From contig CAYJEE010000001.1 in assembly GCA_964369145.1 (NCBI GenBank), positions 2,052 through 66,051 of the forward strand: 64,000 nucleotides of DNA, in the 5' to 3' direction. The first letter of the stretch is position 1; every line of letters begins with the position of its first letter. This stretch comes from an uncultured Candidatus Saccharibacteria bacterium. GTDB lineage: Bacteria > Patescibacteriota > Minisyncoccia > Phycocordibacterales > DATDWN01. The notes beneath the pieces were generated by a model, which saw only the letters and a list, made by a program, of their open reading frames with translations, was not told the DNA's origin and did no database searches. The position numbers were made by a program, and so were the translations under genes. Positions 1 through 8,158 of this stretch are shown piece after piece.

Positions 1-7
1 TTTCGGG

Positions 8-277
8 CTAGTGGGTCATTTCGGGTAGAACCACTTGCCGCAGTTCTTCAATTTGACGGGACAACGCTTCTTCCCGTCTTCCGGCGCCGGTTAAGAGCGC
101 AATGATCATGTCCAGCTTGACGCTATCTCCTCCTTTTCCCGTGAGCACTTGCAGACGGCAGAAATCAGAGATGTTACGGGCGCCAGCGGCAGCGCATGCG
201 CTTTCGATTTGACCAAACTCCTCTTTGCTTACGCGAAAGTTGATGAGTTTATTACGTTGATTTGGTGGGCGGGGCAT
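8..277 (-). CDS. MobC-like / ribbon-helix-helix plasmid mobilisation accessory protein (89 aa), GC-richer than surroundings
   Basis: Motif RNKLINFRVSKEEFGQIESACAAAGARNISDFCR resembles the MobC/RHH relaxosome accessory family; codon GC visibly above window average. Confidence 0.4.
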   Translation of the reverse strand: MPRPPNQRNKLINFRVSKEEFGQIESACAAAGARNISDFCRLQVLTGKGGDSVKLDMIIALLTGAGRREEALSRQIEELRQVVLPEMTH

Positions 278-365
278 AACGGACCTCAGGTCTTAGAATG
301 GTTACTGCTCTGTACTAATTAGTAACATTTACTAGACTTAAAGTCAAGTTTGTTGTAAATAAATA

Positions 366-396
366 GTTTAAAACCGGCCCTAAGGCCGGTTTTTGT
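366..396 (-). terminator. hairpin accggccctaaggccggt with flanking T/A tracts (bidirectional terminator shape)
   Basis: perfect 7-bp GC stem with T-run on both strands. Confidence 0.5.
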
Positions 397-568
397 CGAG
401 TTTCTTTGATATTGCACCAAGTTTTTCCGATAGGTCGGCCAAGTAGATGCAGGCTATACCTAGTGCAAGGAATACACCGAGACCGAGTGCGGCTGGTTCG
501 TGTTTTTCAGCGTATACCTTAAACATCCAGCCGCTGATAATTGACATAATGAATCCGATCAAGAACAT
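380..568 (-). CDS. small hydrophobic membrane protein (62 aa)
   Basis: ORF with two predicted TM stretches; no homology recognised. Confidence 0.3.
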   Translation of the reverse strand: MFLIGFIMSIISGWMFKVYAEKHEPAALGLGVFLALGIACIYLADLSEKLGAISKKLDKNRP

Positions 569-1866
569 TGAAATTCTCCCACTTTTATAGTATAATACTT
601 CATATGACTCGTCAATCCCTTATCGACACAATCAAAAAATTCCCAGAGACACCTGGTGTCTACTTTTTTCGACGTACAAAAGGGACCTCGAGTGATATTT
701 TGTATATCGGCAAAGCAACTTCTCTCCGCGACCGAGTGCGAAGCTACTTTTCAAACGATATTGCCGTCACTCGAGGTCCAAAAATTGTCGGCATGCTCGA
801 AGAATGTACAGAGATCACGTTTGAGAAAACAGACTCTGTGCTCGAAGCACTTCTTCTCGAAGCGCACCTGATTAAAAAATATCAGCCAGAATACAATACA
901 AAAGAAAAGGATAATAAGAGTTTTTATTATGTCGTCATAACCAAAGAAGATTTCCCTCGAGTGCTTTTGGTACGTGGAAGAGACATTCTCGTCGGTGCTC
1001 TCGGTGGAAAAAAGAAAAACGACTATACAATCGCGCATTCATTTGGCCCATTTCCATCAGGGCAGACGCTTCGCGATGCACTCGGTCTCATCCGCAAGAT
1101 TTTCCCTTTTCGCGACAAATGCGTACCGTGCGTAGGGGGGAAGTGTAAACCATGTTTCAACCGACAGATCGGTCTCTGTCCTGGTGTGTGTACAGGAGAA
1201 ATATCAATAGAAGACTACAATACAGCAATCAAACATATTGTACGCTTTTTCAATGGTGAGAAAAAAGCAATTCTTAAAGATTTGGAAAAGCAGATGAAGC
1301 TCCTCGCCAAAGCACAAAAGTTTGAAGAGGCAGGAGCACTAAAGAAACAAATATTTGCACTGACTCATATTCACGATGTATCACTTATAAAAGAAGAAAG
1401 CTTCGAAGCAAAAGCTCCGAGTGGTTTCCGTATTGAGTCGTACGATATCGCACACATGTCAGGACAAAACATGGTAGGTGTCATGACGGTACTTGAAGAC
1501 GGGCAGATAGAAAAAGGGGAGTATCGAAAATTTAAAATACAGCACAATACAGGAGCAGATGATACAAAGGCTCTGAAAGAAGTGATTACCCGTCGACTCG
1601 GGCACAATGAATGGCGTTTGCCAAACTTGATCGTAGTAGACGGGGGAGTCGCTCAAAAAAAAGCGATAGAAAAAGTGCTTCAGGAAAACATGGTGGCGAT
1701 TCCGGTAGTTTCTGTAGTGAAAGATGAACGACATAAGCCGAAGGAAATCCTCGGGGACAAAAAGTATCTGTCATATGAGAAGGAAATTTTGCTTTCAAAT
1801 GCAGAAGCACATCGATATGCAATCAGCTTCCATAAAACGTTGAGAAATAAAGGGATGCGGGGGTAG
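568..1866 (+). CDS. uvrC: UvrC-like excinuclease (GIY-YIG domain, Cys-rich region, UvrBC-like segment, RNase H-like endonuclease part); lacks C-terminal HhH region
   Basis: GVYFFRR..ILYIGKATSLRDRVRSYF is a GIY-YIG motif; Cys cluster CVPCVGGKCKPCF; 432 aa versus about 600 for canonical UvrC. Confidence 0.75.
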   Translation: MKFSHFYSIILHMTRQSLIDTIKKFPETPGVYFFRRTKGTSSDILYIGKATSLRDRVRSYFSNDIAVTRGPKIVGMLEECTEITFEKTDSVLEALLLEAHLIKKYQPEYNTKEKDNKSFYYVVITKEDFPRVLLVRGRDILVGALGGKKKNDYTIAHSFGPFPSGQTLRDALGLIRKIFPFRDKCVPCVGGKCKPCFNRQIGLCPGVCTGEISIEDYNTAIKHIVRFFNGEKKAILKDLEKQMKLLAKAQKFEEAGALKKQIFALTHIHDVSLIKEESFEAKAPSGFRIESYDIAHMSGQNMVGVMTVLEDGQIEKGEYRKFKIQHNTGADDTKALKEVITRRLGHNEWRLPNLIVVDGGVAQKKAIEKVLQENMVAIPVVSVVKDERHKPKEILGDKKYLSYEKEILLSNAEAHRYAISFHKTLRNKGMRG

Positions 1867-2134
1867 TTGACAAGATTTCTATACTATGCTATTATATATA
1901 CAGTCAGGCGAAAGAAGCCTGAAGTTCCTGGAAAAACTTTTCCCGCCCCATATCCTCACACACATCCTCCAGTAAACCCCCGACAGCATTTTTCTGCTTT
2001 GTATCTGCTCGCAAAAAGTTTTTCGTATTTGTATCCCGCGCCTCTGGTGCGGGATTTCTTTTTATATACTTCGAAACAAAAAAATGAAAGGGTAAACTAT
2101 ACAGAGCACTTGGTACGCATGATATAATCTATTC

Positions 2135-3106
2135 ATGAATACATCATCACCGATCAGAGTTGCAGTACTACGCGGAGGTCCTTCTGCAGAATACGATGTC
2201 TCATTGCGCACCGGAAGTGAAGTGTTGAAACATTTACCTCCTACATACAAAGGAATTGATATTTTAATTGATAAAGATGGTGTGTGGCATATGAACGGTA
2301 CACCAAAATCTCCTGATAAAATTTTCCCGCACATCGATATTGTGTGGAATGCACTCCATGGGAACTATGGTGAAGATGGGAAAATCCAACATATACTCGA
2401 AATGCATGGTATCCCACACACTGGTTCACCGGTATTGCCGAGTGCTCTGGGTGTAAATAAAATATTATCTAAAAACATTTTTGCAAAATACGGTATCCGT
2501 ACGCCTCACTCTATAGCTTTACACAAAGATGAGATGTCGAATGCAAAGATTCATGAAATCTTTACAACACTCCCGCATCCTGCAATCGTAAAACCAGCTT
2601 CAGGAGGATCATCGCTTGGGGTAAAAGTTGTGCAGACGATTCCCGAGCTCATCGCAGCGCTTGAAGAGGCTTTTGCATATGGAGAAAAAGTGGTGGTAGA
2701 AGAATACATCACTGGACGCGAAGCTACGTGTGGGATCATCTCAGGTTTTAGAGATGAGAGTTTGTATGCACTCCCCGTGCTTGAGGTAAAAAAGCCAGAA
2801 GGGCACACTCATCACACCTTTGATCATAAAATGGATGGAGGAGTCATGTTTGATCATCAGAGTTTGACCGCACTCGAAAGAGCAGAAGCAAAACGTGTGG
2901 CAATGCTTGCTCATCGCGCACTCGGACTTTCTCATTACTCACGCGCAGACATGATCGTGCATCCACGAAGAGGAGTTTTCCTTTTGGAAGTCAACAGTCA
3001 GCCGAGTCTCAAAGAGGATGGAGCTTTTACTCACGGTCTCGAACATATCGGAAGCTCACTATCTCATTTTCTGGATCATGTGTTGGGAAGAGCAGGGAAG
3101 AAGTAA
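2135..3106 (+). CDS. ddl: D-alanine--D-alanine ligase
   Basis: N-terminal IRVAVLRGGPSAEYDVSLRTG and an ATP-grasp layout typical of Ddl. Confidence 0.85.
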   Translation: MNTSSPIRVAVLRGGPSAEYDVSLRTGSEVLKHLPPTYKGIDILIDKDGVWHMNGTPKSPDKIFPHIDIVWNALHGNYGEDGKIQHILEMHGIPHTGSPVLPSALGVNKILSKNIFAKYGIRTPHSIALHKDEMSNAKIHEIFTTLPHPAIVKPASGGSSLGVKVVQTIPELIAALEEAFAYGEKVVVEEYITGREATCGIISGFRDESLYALPVLEVKKPEGHTHHTFDHKMDGGVMFDHQSLTALERAEAKRVAMLAHRALGLSHYSRADMIVHPRRGVFLLEVNSQPSLKEDGAFTHGLEHIGSSLSHFLDHVLGRAGKK

Positions 3107-3377
3107 TATTTTATAATATATAAAAAATGGCGCCTGCATCGTGCAAACGCCATCTTGTCCTTCGAGGGTTTACACACCCCAGAGGACTGAACTTCTTTCT
3201 GTTAAGGTCATCCGTAACCTCCTTTCAATAAAAGCATATCATATATTAAATTTATTGTCAATATATTGACAAATATTTGATATAGTCTATATTGGTCTCT
3301 TGTGCATATTTGTTTATATGCATAAGAAAGTCCCTGTTTAGGGCCTTACTTAAAAAATGTAAGAAAGGGGTTTCCTC

Positions 3378-4136
3378 TTGAAACTCATAGTTGTTCTTTT
3401 TATCATGCTGTTGGTCTCCAGCACCTCGGCCTTTACTCAGACGCTTTACTCAATCGTTTCGGGTACGACCAACACAAACAACATTTGCGCTGGAGCACTC
3501 GTGTCTGCCTACGGGAATTTCCCGGGGGTATCGGCTCAGTCAGTGAACCAGTCGACCAATGTTGGGGGTCTGCAGGTGCGGGTCAACGGGGTGAATGCTC
3601 CGATGAGCTATGTCTCGCAGGGTCAGATTAACTTTCAAGTGCCGTACGGCACCAGCTCAACTGCCGTCTTTCAGGTGGTTAAGCAGGGGCAAGGACCATG
3701 GTCTTCCCAGACTGTTTCTCGCGGGCTCAGTGCTGCGTGTCTCGGCGGTATGCCTTTCAATGGGCAACCTCTCGTGACCAACGCAATGACTGGCGCGATT
3801 GTGAGCTCTAGTCAACCTGTTGCGACGGGAACATTGCTGACCGTCTGGGTTGCTGGTGGTGGGCAGACAAATCCTGGTCAGTCGACTGGTGTTCCTGCTT
3901 CGGGAGTCGCATGGTATTCGTATCCGGTTTCGGTTACATGCCTTTCCGGATGTTACTCTGGACCAATTTACGTCCAGTACGCAGGTGCTGCACCGGGTTA
4001 TGTTGGGCTTGGGCAGATCACATTCGCTGTTCCTTCGGCCTCTCCTGGAATGCGTTCGTTGAACTTCCAGTCCGTTTATGGCCCTGGCCAAAACGTGGCT
4101 GGTTCCAGTTTTAACCTCTCTGTTACTGTTCAGTAG
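3378..4136 (+). CDS. secreted Gly/Ser/Thr-rich protein, TTG start, GC-richer
   Basis: signal peptide MKLIVVLFIMLLVSSTSAFT; low-complexity composition; higher GC than flanks. Confidence 0.5.
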   Translation: MKLIVVLFIMLLVSSTSAFTQTLYSIVSGTTNTNNICAGALVSAYGNFPGVSAQSVNQSTNVGGLQVRVNGVNAPMSYVSQGQINFQVPYGTSSTAVFQVVKQGQGPWSSQTVSRGLSAACLGGMPFNGQPLVTNAMTGAIVSSSQPVATGTLLTVWVAGGGQTNPGQSTGVPASGVAWYSYPVSVTCLSGCYSGPIYVQYAGAAPGYVGLGQITFAVPSASPGMRSLNFQSVYGPGQNVAGSSFNLSVTVQ

Positions 4137-4282
4137 CGAGTGAGGTAGAAAAAAATTCATAGTTACTTTCTAGTTGCTATGAACCCCGCGACGCAGTGTC
4201 GCGGGATTACCAAGTAAACATTGTTCTTTTGTTTCAGATCGTCCGCGCCGTTGTGCGTGGATTTTTCGTTGTAAAAATTTAA

Positions 4283-4651
4283 TTACAATGTAAACAAATA
4301 TATTCCCATGATAATAGCGATGATGCCGTAGATCATAAAAAATCGTTTTGATTTTTTAATTGCTATTTCACTGAGGAGTTGTGGTGCAAAGATGTATACG
4401 AGTCCTTTGAGTCCGACAAGCCATGCAAATGCAGTCACTATTGTTCTCCATGTTCCATCCCAGATATTATATTGGATGAGGTACATTGAGGAGAGAAAGA
4501 TGAGAATAACGCCCGTGAGGTAGATAATCGCCGGGTGATCAAAGAAATCTTTTAAAAGATGGGGGATACTCTTTCGTCTAAAGATCATAAAAAACCCGCT
4601 CATGATTAAATATACTGAAAGAATTTTTAATGTAATCAATGTGGTGTCCAT
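4283..4651 (-). CDS. membrane protein, 4 TM (122 aa)
   Basis: hydrophobic ORF with good coding look; no family recognised. Confidence 0.45.
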   Translation of the reverse strand: MDTTLITLKILSVYLIMSGFFMIFRRKSIPHLLKDFFDHPAIIYLTGVILIFLSSMYLIQYNIWDGTWRTIVTAFAWLVGLKGLVYIFAPQLLSEIAIKKSKRFFMIYGIIAIIMGIYLFTL

Positions 4652-4803
4652 ACTATATGTTTAGCTATTAATATACTAATTGTATACCTGGTCGAGGTTA
4701 ATACAAATAAGCTGTTATTGATGTTGGGTAGTATTATACATTTTGATAACAGAAAACCCGTCCACCGAAGCAGAGGGTAATCTGCTCCAGTCGACGGGTG
4801 TGA

Positions 4804-5436
4804 CTAGAAGAACGAGTAGCGTATCCCGATACCGGGATAGCTGTTACCGGTCACATGGTGACCGATGATGCCGAACGATACTGGGCTGTTGCGAGTTGGT
4901 TTTACCATCAGCCAGTACTCGCCATACCCAGAACCATCGGGGAAGAAACGGCGGTAGCCTTCTCCCCATACCTCAATACTCTTCACTTTCTTTGAGTTTG
5001 TTGCACCGCCGACCAAAATGTTGTTGGGACGAATCCCAATAAATCGAGGTAGGGCAGTGACAAACAATCCAGCGAGGGGCTTTCTTAGTTTCGGGATGGC
5101 TTCAGTGACGTTAATCCGAGGACCGACCTGAAAGAAGCCGAGGTTGTGGGTAGGGAACCCTCCTGTCTCGGTTTGGACCGAGAACCATTTCATTTTTTGG
5201 TGTGGTGGTGTATACCACACCAAATGGTTGGTGAACGGCTTTTCTCCCGGCGCGGATTCGACGAATCCGAATCCGTTGATTTTTCCTCTCGAGGTGTTCA
5301 CACCCCAAGCGTATTGGGGGTAGAGCATTGGGCCCCGCGGTGTTGCGAAGCCTTCGGCCCAGGCATGGACGAAGGTTTTTGGTGCTTCCTGGGCGAATAC
5401 AGCCACACAGGCGAGTAATACTATGATTGCTTTCAA
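4804..5436 (-). CDS. secreted beta-rich protein ending in ...GIGIRYSFF (C-terminal Phe, OMP-like signature)
   Basis: signal peptide MKAIIVLLACVAVFAQ; alternating aromatic/hydrophilic strands; terminal F. Confidence 0.45.
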   Translation of the reverse strand: MKAIIVLLACVAVFAQEAPKTFVHAWAEGFATPRGPMLYPQYAWGVNTSRGKINGFGFVESAPGEKPFTNHLVWYTPPHQKMKWFSVQTETGGFPTHNLGFFQVGPRINVTEAIPKLRKPLAGLFVTALPRFIGIRPNNILVGGATNSKKVKSIEVWGEGYRRFFPDGSGYGEYWLMVKPTRNSPVSFGIIGHHVTGNSYPGIGIRYSFF

Positions 5437-5514
5437 AATCAGGTCTCCTGCATTTATTTATATAGGAAAATTGGGGGGTGTCAATGTGGGGCTATATAAC
5501 TTTAAATCCAATCA

Positions 5515-5560
5515 GTTCGAGTCCTGATGCGAGCAATCCCCATTGCTCGCTTAGGGTCCA
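5515..5560 (+). repeat. inverted partial copy of the tRNA-Ala 3' portion (T-arm GTTCGAGTCCTG + acceptor TAGGGTCCA) interrupted by a 25-nt hairpin insert
   Basis: sequence identity to the reverse complement of 5596-5626 except for the GCGAGCAATCCCCATTGCTCGC insertion. Confidence 0.55.
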
Positions 5561-5595
5561 CAATAAAAAAGACGCCTCTCGGCGCTTTTTTATTG
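5561..5595. terminator. bidirectional terminator caataaaaaag-acgcc-tctc-ggcgc-ttttttattg
   Basis: palindromic A/T-flanked GC hairpin between convergent tRNA copy and tRNA-Ala. Confidence 0.5.
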
Positions 5596-5668
5596 TGGAC
5601 CCTACAGGACTCGAACCTGCCACCCCATCATTGCAAATGATGTGCTCTACCAGATGAGCTAAGGGCCC
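5596..5668 (-). tRNA. tRNA-Ala (anticodon TGC), 73 nt, G3:U70 present, CCA not encoded
   Basis: Reverse complement GGGCCCTTAGCTCATCTGGTAGAGCACATCATTTGCAATGATGGGGTGGCAGGTTCGAGTCCTGTAGGGTCCA folds as a cloverleaf; anticodon loop TTTGCAA. Confidence 0.9.
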
Positions 5669-5982
5669 GTTGTGTTATATTTTGTCGTAAACGATATCTA
5701 ATTGCAAATGATGGTCACTGATATTTTTCTGGTGAAAAATTCAGCGACCCCACCTCGGCTCGTCAGCCTCCGGTCTTGCGAAGTGATAAAATCACTTCTC
5801 ACTCCACCAGATGAGCTAAGGGCCCGTTGTGTTATATTTTGTCGTAAACGATATCTAATTGCAAATGATGGTCACTGATATTTTTCTGGTGAAAAATTCA
5901 GCGACCCCACCTCGGCTCGTCAGCCTCCGGTCTTGCGAAGTGATAAAATCACTTCTCACTCCACCAGATGAGCTAAGGGCCC
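5649..5982. repeat. 157-bp tandem direct repeat, 2.1 copies; each unit = first 20 nt of tRNA-Ala gene + 137-bp identical spacer
   Basis: accagatgagctaagggccc recurs at 5649, 5806 and 5963; the two spacers are identical as far as compared. Confidence 0.85.
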
Positions 5983-6104
5983 AATATCAATACCTTTATA
6001 TATTACCAAAACTATCTTAAAAATCAATGTCTATAATAATATTGTTGACATTATGCTTATATACTGTATGGTAATTCTAGATTGAAATCGAAAGGAAATA
6101 GAGG

Positions 6105-6563
6105 ATGAAAATTGAAGTGCATGTGGCGAGGATGGAACTCTACACTGATGGAGAGGTTAAGGTCGTTCAGGCCGAGGGTCCGACATACGAAGAGGCCTGT
6201 CAGGCACTGGTTCAGGAACTGAAAAATTATTTTCAACACCGTGTCTGTATTGGGGAGGTTGCAACTTCGGCAAGAGAACATGTGAAGATGATCCTTCCGG
6301 CGCGGCATCTTGTGGATTTTCCAGAAGAAATTCCTGAAGGTCACCAGCTTTTGATTTTTGAACGGGTTGACTATACTGGCCCGTATTCCTGGAATCTCTA
6401 CGTGCTTCCCTTTGGTGAGTATACAATCGCAAACCAAAAGGTGGTTCTTTCTCAAAATTACCCAACAAAAATCAGTAGCAACCATCACGTTAAATATTCA
6501 CTTCCTCAGGAAACTCGAGAATGGCTGGGTGGTGAGTGGCAGTACGTCGACAGTACTGACTAA
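6105..6563 (+). CDS. hypothetical protein (152 aa), GC-richer, SD-like agagg upstream
   Basis: clean ORF followed by hairpin+T terminator at about 6577-6612. Confidence 0.45.
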   Translation: MKIEVHVARMELYTDGEVKVVQAEGPTYEEACQALVQELKNYFQHRVCIGEVATSAREHVKMILPARHLVDFPEEIPEGHQLLIFERVDYTGPYSWNLYVLPFGEYTIANQKVVLSQNYPTKISSNHHVKYSLPQETREWLGGEWQYVDSTD

Positions 6564-6829
6564 TCGATGCTTTTCTAAGAGCCCGACACAGAACACCGTG
6601 CTGGGCTTTTTACTTGCATTACTAAGAGTGTATGGTATTATTTAAGTGTCGGATTGCTCTTTTACAGGTAGCCAAACGGAACCTCGTTTCTTCTTTTTCG
6701 ATCAATTTTGGTCGCAAGGGAAGAGAGGGGCGCTTGGCAATTAGTCAGCCTGCTGTGTGTCGCCACAGTAGATTGCTCTTCTCAAACCGAGAAATCTTAT
6801 GAAAATATTCCAAGTATTTTCGTTAGGCT

Positions 6830-7018
6830 TACTGATTGTCATGCTTAAGTTCCTGGTACCCGAGTTATTCTCTGGATTCCAGAACACGCTCCTCGTGTTC
6901 TTTAGTACCATCCAGGGAATACTGACCTTAAGTCAGTCGTCCATGACCGCCGGTTTTCTCCCGGCTGTCCCGTAGTAATACACAGAAACCAGATTGAGAT
7001 TCTATATCTCTCTGGTTT
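6830..7018 (+). promoter_or_regulatory. highly structured about 190-nt leader ending in a hairpin+TTTTTT terminator abutting the start codon (candidate riboswitch/attenuator)
   Basis: serial perfect hairpins (ctggattccag; agaacacg-ctcct-cgtgttct; ctgac-cttaa-gtcag; gccgg..ccggc) then ccagattgaga..tctctctgg + tttttt at 6985-7018. Confidence 0.3.
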
Positions 7019-7037
7019 TTTGCTTTATACTATATAT

Positions 7038-7478
7038 ATGATTCACGCACTAGATTTCTTTATTATTAGAGTGTGTCGCAGACTTGCAGAACCCCTTTCT
7101 CGTTTTGGTTTGTTTACAGTCTTTTTTTGGTTTGGTATTCTCAAGGTTATCGATCTTTCTCCGGCGAGTCCTTTGGTCCAGTCTCTCTTTGAGACTACTG
7201 TGCCTATCGTTCCATTTTCTGTATTTATCGTACTCTTTGGTTTGTTTGAAATGTTGATCGGTGTGATGTTTCTCGTACGCGGTGCGGAGCGTGCTGTGCT
7301 CCCACTTTTGTTTCTCCATATGGTCACCACTATTCTCCCGCTTTTTCTAATTACTTCTGCCACCTGGTCTGGCTTCATGGTACCCACTCTCGAAGGTCAG
7401 TACATTATTAAAAATATTCTCATTATCGCACTTGCAATCGGTATTGCAGCACACCTGCATCCACTTAAAAAAGTTTAG
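7038..7478 (+). CDS. small 4-TM membrane protein (ATG at 7038 preferred over TTG at 7020)
   Basis: hydrophobic profile; preceded by the structured leader. Confidence 0.5.
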   Translation: MIHALDFFIIRVCRRLAEPLSRFGLFTVFFWFGILKVIDLSPASPLVQSLFETTVPIVPFSVFIVLFGLFEMLIGVMFLVRGAERAVLPLLFLHMVTTILPLFLITSATWSGFMVPTLEGQYIIKNILIIALAIGIAAHLHPLKKV

Positions 7479-8158
7479 TTGAACCGGTGTGTAATGAGGG
7501 TCCACAGTCCAACAAATCCGTCCCTTGCACGGATTTTTTTGCCTTCATGTTCAGTTCGAGGGTTGTAGGGGATTTGTATTTCTTTAATGTGTTGGTGTCG
7601 CCGGAGCAGTTTTGCGGTAATCTCGGCTTCAATTTCAAAACCATTTCTTTTCAAATCTAGACTCTGTGCGAGATCTCGAGGTACGATCTTGTAGCAGGTA
7701 TAAATATCAAAAAGTCTACTTCCATAGAGAAGGTTGCATGTGTGAGAAAGGATTGCATTTGCAATACGGTTCCAGATGTATCCCAGATTTCGTGAGCGCT
7801 TGCCATATACAACAGTCTGAGAGTCTTTGATTGAATCCCAGAGCATACGAAGCACCGCAGGGCTGTATTCAAGATCTGCATCTTGGATTGCAATGTAATC
7901 GCCAACAGATGCTGTGATACCTCGACGGATTGCATTACCTTTACCTTTGTTCTTTGTTTCTCTGATTATTTGCGTTTGAGAATTTTTTAAACCCTCAGTT
8001 ATTTTTCCGGTGCCATCAGTTGACCCATCGTCGACGACAATAATTTCATATGATGCATCCGTAAAAGCCTCTCGTACATTTTTTACGACAGAAGCCAAAG
8101 TGTTTTCTTCGTTGTATGCAGGGATGATGATAGAAAGCTTCATAGCGTCATTGTACAC
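7475..8158 (-). CDS. family 2 glycosyltransferase (dolichyl-phosphate/polyprenyl-phosphate sugar transferase-like)
   Basis: LSIIIPAYNEE...EIIVVDDGSTDGT is the GT-A DxD region. Confidence 0.8.
   Translation of the reverse strand: MYNDAMKLSIIIPAYNEENTLASVVKNVREAFTDASYEIIVVDDGSTDGTGKITEGLKNSQTQIIRETKNKGKGNAIRRGITASVGDYIAIQDADLEYSPAVLRMLWDSIKDSQTVVYGKRSRNLGYIWNRIANAILSHTCNLLYGSRLFDIYTCYKIVPRDLAQSLDLKRNGFEIEAEITAKLLRRHQHIKEIQIPYNPRTEHEGKKIRARDGFVGLWTLITHRFN

Noticed and set aside
1867-2127. 86-aa ORF between uvrC and ddl
   Set aside because: Pro/His-rich low-complexity translation; the region contains a terminator-like hairpin (cccgcgcctctggtgcggg); most likely intergenic.
5649-5982. Possible CRISPR array or hammerhead ribozyme in the 157-bp repeats
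   Set aside because: The repeat unit is far too long, present only 2.1 times with identical spacers (not CRISPR). The CTGACGAG string lacks the flanking stem II / GAAA / stem III arrangement of a hammerhead core.
6564-6830. RNase P, tmRNA, SRP or 6S RNA in the long non-coding stretch
   Set aside because: None of the conserved signatures were found on either strand (GGAAAGTCCGG / ACAGAACCCGGCTTA for RNase P; tag-peptide ORF ...ALAA-stop and GGTTCGA...CCACCA for tmRNA; the SRP domain IV motif). Only a terminator for the upstream gene and scattered repeats.
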